A stretch of DNA of 64,000 bases from Eledone cirrhosa. Its lineage: Eukaryota. Numbering within the stretch: the stretch's first letter is position 1; the number at the start of each line of letters is the position of its first letter. Below, one piece after another: positions 26,001-40,352 of this stretch. The notes beneath the pieces are model-generated. The model saw only the letters and a list, made by a program, of their open reading frames with translations, was not told the DNA's origin and made no database searches. The stretch spans positions 10,354,001 to 10,418,000 of the forward strand of contig OZ024751.1 of assembly GCA_964016885.1 (NCBI GenBank), given 5' to 3'. The position numbers and the translations under genes were made by a program.

Positions 26001-27601
26001 TACAAATTATTGGTTATTTTCAAAACATAAGCAGTATCTTTCAGTAAAAATAGGGTAATGAAAGGGTTAAATAAGAGTTAAAATGAAAGGGTTAAATAAG
26101 AGTTAAAATGAAAGGGTTAAATAACAGTTAAAATGAAAGGGTTAAATAAGAGGTAAAATGAAAGGGTTAAATAAGGGGTAAAATGAAAGGGTTAAATAAG
26201 AGGTAAAATGAAAGGGTTAAATAAGAGGTAAAATGAAAGAAGTGAATAAGAGGTAAAATGAAAGAGTTAAATAACAGTTAAATTGAAAGGGTTAAATAAC
26301 AGTTAAAATGAAAGAGTTAAATAAGAGTTAAAATGAAAGGGTTAAATAAGAGTTAAAATGAAATTTTTTTAAACTGAAGTTCTTCCCATAGAACTGTTGG
26401 TACTTGTAGTTCCTTTTTAGTGGACAAAGGAAGAATGTTTTCTCTTTTGGTTCCTCGTATTCCATATGTTGTAATGAGTCTGTGTTATACACATCCACAA
26501 GTTGTTGACTCGGTACTGTATAAATGGGAATTGACAAGTCAACAACATGTGGATGTGTACATCACAAACTAGTAGTCCAAGCTTTCATGATGGGAACATG
26601 TGGTGAAGAAGACAGTTGTTGTAAAAAATAAAAAGTTATCAACAAAATCACAAATTAAGTTTTTCAGCTGGTTTAATAATAGAAGTGGCAGTGGAACTGG
26701 GGGGGTCATGGCCCAACTCCCCCGCCGCCAATAACTATATCTTTCTCTCCAAACTACCAAAACACACATCTATCTGTATATGCGGTACAATTTATGTTCA
26801 TGTTATTTTTATCACATATGGAAGTTTTTATATCTTGGTTGATATTTTATAATTGTTTCTACTTTTGGCACAAGGCCAGCAATTACCCAGTGCATTACTG
26901 GTACTTTATTTTATCGACCCCGGAAGGATGAAAGGCAAAGTTAACCTCGGCGGGGTTTGAACTCTTTGATATTTTATATTTTATAATAACAGCTAAACTA
27001 ATCACTACAACTAAATTAACCAAATCCCCCCCCCCTTCCCCCATTCAGAAATGCTTCCACCACCCCTGTAATGGTTTCTGATTTAGGCACAAGGCCAACA
27101 ATTTTTGGGGAGGGGAACAACGATTAACTCAACCCCAGTACGTTACTGGTACTTTATCTTATCAACCCTGTAAGGATGAATGGCAAAGCTAACCTCAGCA
27201 AGATTTGACTTCAAAACGTAAAGGGTCGTGACTCTAAGCCACAAATCATATGGTCTGATGCTCTACTAATATTGCCAATCCACTGCCCTCGGCTGGTTTA
27301 ATAATTGAATAAATTAGTAAATATTTACTAGATATTTACTACTCACTGTTTAAGGGTTAGTCTGCGTCCTGGTCCTGACAAACAGAATGGAGAAGACGAC
27401 AAAGGAGACACACTGACACAGCCACTCCAACTCCTGGAGCTTGCACTTGTGGTTACCCAAGTGATTGATTAATTAATTAACTCTTTTAAAACCAACCTGT
27501 CTGAAATCGTCCATTTTTCCATTGTCTTTGCCCACCTTTTTTTAAAATTAATCTCATAAGATGTTAGCCATGTGGGACATTCTTTCAAATACACACACAC
27601 G

Positions 27602-27634
<33 letters not shown>

Positions 27635-28002
27635 TCCAGAGTCGGACTAAATCGATACAGATTGAATCTTGAGCTGATCAATAGCGTAACACACATCACT
27701 ACTCAATAAACGCCCTTCTCCAACACAACCTTTTTCCCCCCGGAAAACCCCCAGTTGATGGATGCGAAATCCGAAATATAGGGACAATTAAATCACTTCC
27801 AAGGTAACTCTATCATGCGTTATTATTTGTTACACTATTCCTACATTCTTTTACGCTCTCTACGTCTCTTTCTACACTTCCTCTTACATCTCTCTCTCTA
27901 CCACCTGATTCTGTTACCCGGAGATTTACCCATCTGCATTGTTGGGGCTTCCAAAATGGCTATTTCATCATTCCACAATGTTTCAAGCGAATTTCAACAC
28001 TG

Positions 28003-28063
<61 letters not shown>

Positions 28064-28148
28064 GATTATCCTAGATGCAGTGGAAACATTTGTAAGCACA
28101 TGGAATAAATTACCTTTTTATGATGTCTACCTGTTATTATTCATTCTT

Positions 28149-28198
<50 letters not shown>

Positions 28199-28586
28199 TG
28201 GGTGTGTGTGTGTGTGTGTGTGTGTGCACACATGCACATACACACACATATATATATTAATGTTATTGGGTAAAAAGAATGAAATTGTCAGATTAAAAGA
28301 GTGAAGAATGTGTTGATGATGTCTATAGTATATACATACCTTTCCAACCATTGTAACAGAAGTAATGGAAGGTTGAGTTCAGTTGTTTCAAAGCACTCTG
28401 TCGAGTTGTCTGACCACAGGAATCTTCAATTTTATCCATACAATACACTATATCGGTCTGTATAACCCTGCAGTAAGACAGCCAAATAATGGTTTTTAAA
28501 TGTTTTAAAATAATGTTTTAGATTTAATAATTTCAATAGTCAGGCAAAGGAGGAGGGGGGGGGGGGAGAAGAAGAAGAAGAAGAAG

Positions 28587-28617
<31 letters not shown>

Positions 28618-31600
28618 GTTTGAAGACTCTGCCCCTCGACCCTCCCAAGAATAAGTTGGAAAAGAAGAAAAAGAAGTATATGTTTGTGTCTGTATGTATA
28701 CAGGAGTGAGTGTGCGTATGTATACAAGTGTGTTTATGTGTGTGTCCTCCTGGCTTTTTTTTTTTTGCCCCCAGGTTGTGTGTACACCTTTTACTTTTTA
28801 TGTGGTGTGAGTTTGGTTAAAAAAAACTCACTCTGTCATATTTTACGATATTTTGTTGTCTTGTTTTGTAAAAAAGAAAAGATAAAAAGAAAATGAAAAT
28901 AACTTACTCGCACATATTGTCAAAATCTTGTTTATTGAACTCCAGGTGAGAAGTACGTCTGAGACGGTGATATTGCTGTTTGATAGTTTGATAAGCTGGA
29001 TAGAAACACCTCATCATTGACTGTGTGATACAGGTACCCATTGTGGTACTGGCGGGGTCTACACTCCGCCCACATACTAAAAGAAACAAACAAATATATA
29101 TAATGTAAGTATATATGTGTATATATACAAATATATATAATGTAAGTATATATGTGTATATATACAAATATATATAATGTAAGTATATATTTGTATATAT
29201 ACAAATATATATAATGTAAGTATATATGTGTATATATACAAATATATATAATGTAAGTATATATGTGTATATATACAAATATATATAATGTAAGTATATA
29301 TTTGTACATATACAAATATATATAATGTAAGTATATATGTGTATATATACAAATATATATAATGTAAGTATATATGTGTACATATACAAATATATATAAT
29401 GTAAGTATATATGTGTATATATACAAATATATATAATGTAAGTATATATGTGTACATATACAAATATATATAATGTAAGTATATATGTGTATATATACAA
29501 ATATATATAATGTAAGTATATATGTGTATATATACAAATATATAATTGTTTCTACTTTTGGCACAAGGCCAGCAATTAATCCAGTGTATTACTGGTACTT
29601 TATTTTATCGACCCCGTAAGGATGAAAGGCAAAGTTAACCTCGGCGGGATTTGAACTCAGACAATAAAGGGCCGTAACTCTTTGCTGCAAAACATGGCAC
29701 CAGACCCTCTACTGATGCTGCCAATCCACCGCCTACAAATATGTATAAAGTAAGTATATATGTGTATATATACAAATATATATAATGTAAGTATATATGT
29801 GTATATATACAAATATATATATTGCAAGTATATCTGTGTATATATACAAATATTTATAATGTAAGTATATCTGTGTATATATACAGGGGTGGCTGGAAAG
29901 AAACTCCCTAATTAAAATTGTTAATAACTTTATTAATTGTTAGTCAATTTTCATAAAACATGTTTTATTTTGAACAGTATAACATTAGAATTACAGTACA
30001 GTGTTAAAATTTTACATTGGCACCAGTGTTGTTTGCCAGATTCTGCAAATGAAGCTCACAGTTCTGTAATTGCTGTGACTACACATGAAGACATAGTTCT
30101 TTACTTGCTGTCGGGGTTAGATTTAGATTTTGGGGGCCCCTCATACATTAAAAATTTGAATACACAGCAACCCCACCCCACCACAATTTTACATATCAAA
30201 GCTAGCTTGGTCCATGTAATTGGAATTGAAAAGTTATACATACAGGTATTAAATTCAAAAATTCTAACCATCCTAAAACTAAAAAGTCCAGTTGAGGGCA
30301 CAAATAAATTGTGACGGCCATACTTGCTGTGTCTATAAAAAAAAAGCGCAGCTCTGTCCTTGTATTTCCAAATAAAGTCACAACTCTGTCCTTGTTGTAT
30401 CTACAAATAAAGGCAAAGCTCTCTCCTTGTTGTAGCTACAAATAAAGCCTCAACACTCTCCTTGTATTTACAAATAAAGTCACAGTTCCATCCTTGTTGT
30501 ATCTATAAAGACGCAGCACTATCCTTGTTTTATCTACAAAGAAAGACACAGTTCTGTACTTGTATCAACACATGAAGACACAGTTCTTTACTTGCTGTGA
30601 TTATGCATAAAGTCACACATGATGGAACTATGAAAAGAAAGACACAGCTCTGCCCTTGTTTTATCTACAAATAAAGACACAGCTCTGCCCTTGTATCTAC
30701 AAAAAAAAAAAGGCACAGTTCTGTCCTTGTTTTATCTACAAAAAAAAAGCACAGCTCCATAGTCTCTGTATCTACAAATAAAAGCACAGTTCTATACTTG
30801 GTATGACTACAAAAAGAAAAAGGCACAGTTCTGTACTTGCTTTATCTACAAATAAAGGCACAGACCTGTAATTGCTTTATCTAAAAAATAAAGGCATAGC
30901 CCTGTACTTGCTGTCTCAATAAATAAAAACACAATTCTGTAATTCTATCATCACCTCAAGCTCACAATTCTATACTTGCTGTGACAACTTGTGAAGCTAA
31001 CAGCTCTTTACTTGTTGTGACAACAAATAAAGACACAGCTCTTTACTTGTGACAACAAATAAAGACACAGCTCTTTACTTGTTGTGACAACAAATAAAGA
31101 CACAGCTCTTTACTTGCTGTGACTACAAAAAAACAGGTAAAGCTTTGTACTTGTATCTACACATGAAGCTCACAATTCTATACTTATTGTATCTACAAAG
31201 AAAGGCACAATTCTGCTCTTGTTATATCTACACATAAACATACATGAAGCTCACAAAATTCTGTAATCATTCCTGACAATTACGTCTCGGTCAATTTATT
31301 CTTACGTCTGTTTCTTTTCTTATTTCTTACTTTCATTTTATTTATTTCTTTGGGATTTTATTCTTCTCCACTTTCAAAATTGCCAGACATTTATTAACGG
31401 TTAAATTACAAGTAATTAACTATTTATTTCCCATTCTTTGGCATCGAGACAACTTGTCTTCAACTATTGTTTTCATCTCTTCAAATAATACTATTTAAAT
31501 TTAAAAAAATGTTTTCCTTTAATATTTATACACACACACATACATGTGTGTGTATATGTACGTTTGTATGCATGTATATATGTGTGTGTGTTTGTGTGTG

Positions 31601-31669
<69 letters not shown>

Positions 31670-32495
31670 GTATGTGTATGTATGTGTGTACATATATAGA
31701 TGTGTGTGTGTGCGCATGTGTGCATGTGATAGACCTGTGTGTAATGTGTGGATAAGTGGTTAGTGTATATATGAAAAATAAAATAAAACAAATGGATCTC
31801 AGTCAGTTTCAAAGATGAGTGTTCCAGTCATTCAATCAATTAAACTGTCTTTGCATTGTATTATCAGATTGTGTTTCCCTATTACTATCACATCTTTAAC
31901 AGTTTCAATACTAAACTACCCCCAAACCATCTCAGGTTTTATAATACAAACCTGTTTACATTAAGGTGTTTATCTTAAATATTTCCACATCTATCTTCTA
32001 ATGAAAAGTAACACTAGACAGCAGTAGCTGCAGTATATCATTATATGATATACAGATATCAATATACAAATATCATCATCATCATCATCATCGTTTAACG
32101 TCCATATTCCACGCTTGCATGGGTTTGGACGGGAGTTTTCCCACTTGAGGCAAGAGTGGTTGTCTTGCTCGCATAGGACTGTCTGGCAGGTTTTCTACGG
32201 CTGGATGCCCTTCCTAACACCAACCACGTTTACAGTGTGGAACTGGGAGGTTTTTACCGTGTTACCTACACGGCCACATTACAGCGTGGACTGTGTGTTT
32301 TTTTGTCGTGACACCTACACGACCTCATTTGTTTCGGGCTGGATGTTGTGGTACCAACATAACTTTACATTTGAAAGGGGTGGTGTGGATGGGGTGGGGG
32401 TAGTGGGACGACGGGGGGGGGGGGGGTATTTTGTTAGAGGTGCCTACTGAGTGTAGTAGGTTTCACTTTGTACTTAGGTACAAATATATATATAT

Positions 32496-32538
<43 letters not shown>

Positions 32539-35500
32539 AAGAAATTAAAAGATGGTTAAAAAAGTTCCATGTATTTTATTATGCGCATTTCAAAAACAAA
32601 TATCAGCCTGGGACGATATTTGCGTTCTCATCAGATAAAATAGTGAAACATGATATGATGCCTAAAAAGCACTTGTGAACAAGGAAGTGTCCAGCCAAAT
32701 AAACTGTTGAGTGCTACTTATCCAATATTTGCATTGGTTTATTGTTCTACAATAAAACTCACCTCCTACATATATATATATATAACTCAGTTCAAATCTA
32801 GCTGTCAAAACGGCCAGAGCTCAGCCATCGGGGTCCTGACTCTTTTCCTATTACCTACTCTACTACCCTAAGTATCGAGTACTCTGGTGCGTTATGGTCC
32901 ACCTGGTTCCTTACTACACTTCCTTCGTTATATCATCATCATTTAACGTCCGCTTTTCCCTGCTTGCAAGGGTGGGACGGGAACTGATTCTGGCTTGATT
33001 TCTACAGCTGGATGCCCTTCCTAACACCAACCTCATTTACAGTGAGTGCTGGGTGCTTTTTTGCCGTGGCACCTCCACGACCACTTTGCAGTGAAATAAT
33101 AGGGACCCCAGTCCCTATCATCTCATTTCTACAGCTGAGTAAACTGGAGCAATGTGAAATAAAGTGTCTTGCTCAAGGAAACAACACATCACCCAGTCTG
33201 AGAATTGAACTCACAACCTTTCGATTGCAAGGCCAATGCTCTAACCACTAAGCCATGTGCCTCCATATATATATAATAATTGTTTCTACTTTTGGCACAA
33301 GGCCAGCAATTATCTCAGTTTATTACTGGTACTTTATTTAATCAACCCCGTAATGATGAAAGGCAAAGTTAACCTCGGCGGGATTTGAACTCAGAATAGC
33401 AAGGGCCATAACTCTATGCTTGGCGTCCGACCCTCTACCGATACTGCCAATCCACTATATATAATAATGCAAGGACGATTTGTTAAGACTTCATTATGTT
33501 TATTAATTGGTGACATGCGTCTTGCTATTGATCAGCTCAAAGTTCAATGAGCTTTTGATTCCAGGGCCGGGCCAGATCGATACAGATCGAACCTTGAGCT
33601 GATCAATAGCGAAACATGCATTACCAATCAATAAATGGATTGAAGGCTTGACAAATCGTCCTTGTATTATTATATTATACTCTGTCTAGCTCTACACCTC
33701 ACTACTAATGTGAACCTAAACATGGTGTGCTCACCTGGGTGAATCTCCAGTAACTTCACATTACACTCCCTGGATATATATATATATAAATATATATATA
33801 TATATTATTCAATTTTTCACTTTAGGAAAGTTGGTTGATCAGATAATTCACCAACTCTGGTTGTAAACAGATGTAAAGCACTCTACAATTTTTATCCCTT
33901 ATCATATGGAATATCCAGTAACTCATGGAATATCTAATATCATATTCGTAAAGACCGCATTAATCATCGTGGTGGTGGAGTAATGGTCTACGTTCGGTCA
34001 AATTTTTCGGCAATTCCTTGTGTTGATTTGAACCAATCGCAGCAGGAAGTATTCTTCTGCGATATACGTATGACCATGTCAACAGTGCTACTTGGAGTTG
34101 TTTACCATCAGGACACTCAACTTTGTGATATCCTCAGAGTTGTTGCCAGGAAAACAGCCACTTATGTTTTTATTGCAAGGGACTTCAATCACCCTGAGAT
34201 TGACTGGGAAACCTTTCATTGGTCGCCAAGTGCAAATGACTTCCTTGAGTTAGTGCTGGACTCGAACTGGTCCCAAGTAGTTACCTCCCCAACAAGAGGT
34301 GACAACCCTTTGAATCTACTCTTCACCACCACTCCTGAAACGGTTATTAGTGTTACTACTGAGGAACCGTTAGGTGACTCTGATCATGCTATGATCATTG
34401 CCATCTCCAAACTGCTCACTTTGACTGGAATAAAGCAGACTGGAACTGTTACTGCACCGAGTTGCAACGTCCAAACTGGCTTGAGTTCTACGACTCTGGA
34501 GATGTCAACACTGTACTCCAGAACATCCTGAGCTCAATATGGACAACATGTGCAGCATCGGAGCCATGTGAGCAGACAAAAAAGGCAGTGCTTCAATTTG
34601 AGCAGCGCATAGCAACCAGCCCTGACAGTAAGGTGTTCTGGAAGTATGTTCACTCAAAGCAGAGGCCTCACTCTCCAGTTGGTCCTCTTCACAATCCCCA
34701 CATAAGCCAAGTTACTAACGACCCCAAGGAATGCGCAGAGCTCATTGCTGAATGCTATGCAGGCATTTTCACTATTGAAGACCAGAGTGTACCGTCTCCA
34801 CCACCTCTGACATCGGAACTATGGAATTTACATCTGCAATGCTGCGACGTCACCTTAAAAATAAACGCAACCATGCCTCTCCTAGTCTTGATGGTGTTAC
34901 ATACCTGCTTCTCAAACATGGTGGGTACTTCCTTCTGCACCAGCTATCATGCTTCTTTCAATTCTGTCTGAACAACGGTGCTACTCCAGAACAGTGGAAA
35001 ACTGCCAGTGTCGTTCCTCTGTTCAAAAAGGGTAACCGCACATCACCTGTGAACTATCGCCCAGTCAGTCTTACTACCTGCATTGCCAAACTGATGGAAT
35101 CCTGTGTCAGAGAAACGCTTTGGAACTTCTGGAACTCTCACAGTCTTATCCGGCCCTTGCAATTTGGATTTATCCCTAACTCCAGCTGCTTTGATCAACT
35201 TATCGAGTTTCTTGAAGACATCACCCGGATCACTGATGGTGGCTCATGCGTGGATGTTGTTTACCTTGACTTTGCTAAAGCTTTCAATTCTGTGCCACAC
35301 AAAAGACTTATGGCAAAACTCTTGCAATGGGTGTGAAGGATGATCTTTTTAACTGGTTGAAGTCCTTACTTCTCAGTCGAAGAGAGGTAGTCATGGTTTT
35401 AGGACAGCATTCCTCACCATATAAGATGTCATCTGGTGTACCACAAGGATTTGTTCTTGGCCCCCTTCTGTTTGTTGCATATATTAATGACACAGATGCC

Positions 35501-36767
35501 AACTTAAAGAATGTCACAGTACTGAAATATGTAGATGACATCAAGCTATACCTTGAGGTAAAAAGGACAGATCCTGAACACTATAGATCTTGCCTGCAAT
35601 CTGACCTGGACACAATGCAGCAATGGATCACAGACTGGCAACTCAAGCTAGCTGTGGACAAGTGTACCACCATGTATTTTGGGAGTAAAACCCAGCGTCC
35701 ACATACTCCCTCTACAACACTAATAACAAGAAGTCTTGTTGTGAACGAGACCTGGGCATTACAGTCAGCAGCGATTTGCGTTGGATGAAGCATGTCTCTA
35801 AAATTGTCAAGGAGTCCAAGGGTGTCTTAGCATCATTCAGCAAGACCTTTGTCAGCCGCTCTCCAGCTATCTATTTAAAGCTGTATATAGCTATGGTGCG
35901 GCCACACTTAGAATTTGCATCACCAGTCTGGAACCCCTATCTTGCTCAGAACATTGACTGCCTGGAAACTGTTCAGAGACGTGCAACCAAGTGAATACCC
36001 TCCATCAGGCATCTACCTTACTCTGAATGGTTTGCTTCCCTGGGCATGAATACATTGAAGCTCCGATGTCTGGCAACTGACTTGGTAAACACCCACAAAA
36101 TTATTAACCATGTTGCCAACAACAACCCTGAGCACCTTTTTGATTTCCATGTGTCTAACACACGTGGGCATGCCCACAAAGTCAGAAAACAGACAGCTCC
36201 CATGACTTTCGGAAACATTTTTCACGCTCAGAGTTGCTGAAGCATGGAACAAACTGCTTGCATCAGTTATTAGCTGTCTAGACACTGCATCCTTTAAAAC
36301 CTCCATGGAACAAACTACCTCCATCAGTTATTAGCTGTCGAGACACTGCATCCTTTAAAACCTCCATGCTTCCTGAGATTCGCCAACACTACACCTAATA
36401 TCCCCCTTCCATACACATGCACACATGTATATCATGACTCATACACTATTCACTTCCCTGACATTTGTATATTATTCTATGTACTATACATGCACCTTTG
36501 ACGAGTTGTAGTGCACCTGAGCACTGTACACAATAATTTCATTATTATTATTATTATATGGAATATCCTGTATCACATGGAGTATCCATGTGGAAGGAAG
36601 CTGCAATAGCGGACAACCAAGAAATAACTGGGAAGAGGTTATGAGAGCGGACCTCAAATCGTTAAGACTGGCAGAGGAGATGATGAAGGAACACGACAAT
36701 TTGAGAGATGCCATGCTGAGAAGGACCTGTCCAACCCATACAAACATGGAAACGCGGACCTAAAAAC

Positions 36768-36807
<40 letters not shown>

Positions 36808-36817
36808 TTGATGATGT

Positions 36818-36849
<32 letters not shown>

Positions 36850-39800
36850 TTGATGATGTTGATGATAATGATGATGATGATGATGATGATGATGCTTCAA
36901 TGTGTTTCTGGGTGCTTTCTGATGAAATTGTGTTTTTAGGTTGATTAACAAGTCTGATGAGCAGATTGATGCTGGAGTCCTGTCTAGAATATAGGTAGAC
37001 TGTATGATACAGTGTATGAATCAATATATTGATATATGATCAGAGTAGACACCTGCTCTGATATGTTCCAACAAAGTCTACTCCATTAACTATACATGTG
37101 AATCATGTAGTGGCCCTTAACACCATGGAGGGATTATCTCTACCTCCCATCTACAGAAAATTAAAAAATAAACAGGATTTAATTGCAATTTATGTGGTTT
37201 ATACAGAGAATTTATATCATCATCATCATCATCACCATTTTACGTCCACTTTTTCCCTGCTTGCAAGGGTGGGACAGGAACTGATTCTGGCCTGATTTCT
37301 ACAGCTGGATGCCCTTCCTAACACCAACCTCATTTACAGTGAGTGCTGGGTGCTTTTTTTTTTCCGTAGCACCTACACGTCCACTTTACAGTGTGGGCTG
37401 GGTGCTTTTTTGCCGTGGCACCTCCACGACCACTTTGCAGTGGAATGATAGGGACCCCAGTCCCTATCATGTCATTTCTACAGCTGCATAAATTGGAGCA
37501 ATGTGAAATAAAGTGTCTTGCTCAAGGAAACAACACATCACCCGGTCTGAGAATTGAACTCACAACCTTTCGATTGCAAGCCCAATGCTCTAACCACTAA
37601 GCCATGTGATTATATATATATATATTTATATCTATGTTTATATGCATTGCATGCATGGTCCTGTAACTACTGAAGGTGTTTTAGGGCCCTGTACACCATT
37701 TCTAGGGCATTCTAAAACCTGGCAGAGTCCACCTCCTCTTCAGGTCTGAATATAGAAGATTTTTTCAAGTGGAGGATAGAAAGTGAGAGAGAGGAAGTGA
37801 TAAAGAGATATAGAGGAAGGATTGATCCCAGTACTTCACTGCAACTGTTTTTATTGACCTCAAATGAATGAGAGGCAAAGTTGATTTTGGTGGGATTTTA
37901 ACTCAGAGAAAAGAGAGCCTCTCAGAGAAAAGAGGAGTGTTGGTGGTGGTGGTGGTGATGGTGTTGGTGTTGGTGGTGTTGGTGGTATTGGTGTTGGTGG
38001 TGTTGGTGATGGTGTTGGTGGTGTTGGTGATGGTGGTGGTGGTCTTGGTGTTGGTGTTGGTGGTGGTGATATTGGTGTTGGTGGGGGTGGTGTTGGTGGG
38101 GGTGGTGTTGGTGTTGGTGGTGGTGGTGATGATGTTGGTGTTGGTGGTGTTGGAGTTGGTGGTATTGGTGTTGGTCGTGTTGGTGGTGTTGGTGTTGGTG
38201 TTGGTGTTGGTGGTGTTGGAGTTGGTGGTGTTGGTGTTGGTGGTGTTGGTGGTGTTGGTGGTGTTGGTGTTGGTGTTGGTGGTGTTGGTGGTGTTGGTGT
38301 TGGTGTTGGTAGTGTTGGTGGTGGTGGTGTTGGTGTTGGTGTTGGTGGTGGTAGTGTTGGTGGTGGTGGTATTGGTGTTGGTGGTGGTGGTATTGGTGTT
38401 GGTGGTGTTGGTGGTGGTGGTGGTGTTGGTGGTGTTGGTGTTGGTGTTGGTGGTGTTGGTGGTGGTGGTGGTGGTGATGGTGATGGTGTTGGTGTTGGTG
38501 GTGTTGGTATTGGTGATGGTGGTGGTGGTGGTGTTGGTGTTGGTGTTGGTGGTGTTGGTGTTGGTGTTGGTGTTAGTGATGGTGATGGTGTTGGTGATGT
38601 TGGTGTTGTTGTTGGTGATGGTGTTGGTGGTGGTGTTGGTGTTGGTGTTGGTGGTGTTGGTGATGGTATTGGTGTTGGTGATGGTGTTGGTGGTGTTGGT
38701 GTTGGTGTTGGTGGTGTTGGTGATGGTGATGGTGTTGGTGGTGTTGGTGTTGGTGTTGGTGTTGGTGTTGGTGATGGTGATGGTGGTGGTGGTGTTGGTG
38801 ATGGTGTTGGTGGTGTTGGTGATGGTGTTGGTGGTGTTGGTGTTGTTGGTGTTGGTGTTGGTGTGTTTGGTGTTGGTGTTGGTGGTGGTTGTGGTGGTGT
38901 TGGTGTTGGTGTTGGTGTTGGTGGTGTTGGTGTTGGTGGTGTTGGTGGTGGTTGTGATGGTGTTGGTGATGGTGATGGTGGTGTTGGTGTTGGTGTTGTT
39001 GGTGTTGGTGTTGGTGTTGGTGGAGGTTGTGGTGGTGTTGGTGTTGGTGTTGGTGGTGTTGGTGTTGGTGGTGTTGGTGTTGGTGTTGGTGTTGGTGGTG
39101 TTGGTGTTGGTGGTGGTTGTGGTGGTGTTGGTGTTGGTGTTGGTGGTGTTGGTGTTGGTGGTGTTGGTGTTGGTGTTGGTGGTGGTTGTGATGGTGTTGG
39201 TGATGGTGATGGTGGTGTTGGTGTTGGTGTGGGTGGTGTTGGTGGTGGTGGTGGTGTTGATGTTGGTGTTGGTGGTGTTGGTAATGGTGTTGATGATGGT
39301 GATGTTGGTGTTGGTGTTGTTGGTGTTGGTGTTGGTGTTGTTGGTGTTGGTGTTGGTGTTGGTGTTGGTGGTGTTGGTGTTGGTGTGGTGTTGGTGTTGG
39401 TGTTGGTGTTGGTGGTGTTGGTGTTGGTGTGGTGTTGGTGTTGGTGGTGTTGGTGGTGTTGGTGATGTTGGTGATGTTGGTGATGGTGTTGGTGTTGGTG
39501 TTGGTGGTGTTGGTGATGTTGGTGTTGGTGTTGGTGGTGGTGGTGGTGGTGGTGGTGGTGTTGGTGATGTTGGTGATGTTGGTGATGTTGGTGTTGGTGT
39601 TGGTGATGGTGTTGGTGGTGTTGGTGGTGGTGGGGTAGGGGAGGGAGGGGTAATAGAGCAGAACTGTTTCAAACTACAAATAAGAGAGAAAAGAAGGAAG
39701 AAATAAAATTAAAAAAAACCAAGAGAAAAAAATGAAAAAAAATCCAAGAAAAAAAAGAAAGAAGGAAAGATAGAAAGAAAGAAAGTAAGAATGAATGAAA

Positions 39801-40319
39801 AAATAAAATAAGTAAATAAAGAACTGCAGACCTTCACATTGGGTTCAATAGCAAACTACTAGAGTAGATAGGTGTTGGTGGTGGTGGTGGTGGTGGTGGT
39901 GGTGGTATAGATAGATAGGTGGTGGTGGTGGTGGTATAGGTAAATAGGTAAATAGGTAGTGGTGGGGAGGTGATGTAGTTAGGTGTCGGGGGGGGGGGGG
40001 GGTAGTGATCTGTGTCTATGTGTCAGTTAATGTGTCATTCTGTCTCAGTCTGTGGAACAACATATTTAAAAACCACAGGTGATTAATGATTATCTCGTTA
40101 CATTGGAAAGGTAAGTTAGTACATTCATTGTCTGTAAGGTGAAGAGAAATAAATTACTCTAATTTTCTTCCAGATTTAATTAATAGAAGAACACCAATAT
40201 CTGTATAAGCTAATTAGCAGGAGAGTTGGACGAGGTTTCATTAGTGGAGAAGGGAAAGAAAGACAAATAGTTGTTGTTGTTATCTGAAGAAAAACAAACA
40301 AAATTACTGACAATCTTCA

Positions 40320-40352
<33 letters not shown>

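Noticed and set aside
26328-26537. 69-aa minus-strand ORF inside intron 3
   Set aside because: No splice signals; it overlaps a local duplication and minisatellite; exons 3 and 4 already join in phase.
27341-27460. GC-richer segment with a gtgagt donor on the minus strand
   Set aside because: No clear acceptor, and it is not needed for frame or Cys pattern; cannot be supported as an exon.
29884-30020. TA-CAGGGGTGG start suggestive of a Tc1/mariner end
   Set aside because: No matching opposite TIR or transposase found in the window.
33180-33265. tRNA-like sequences at SINE heads
   Set aside because: A/B boxes are present, but they run into SINE bodies in many diverged copies and no complete cloverleaf is evident.
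37868-39706. 612-aa Val/Leu and 589-aa Thr/Asn ORFs; acceptor-like site at 39674 on the gene's strand
   Set aside because: Same repeat artefact. Splicing exon 1 (phase 1) to 39673 gives an immediate TGA, so this is not a coding exon of the gene, at most a cryptic one.
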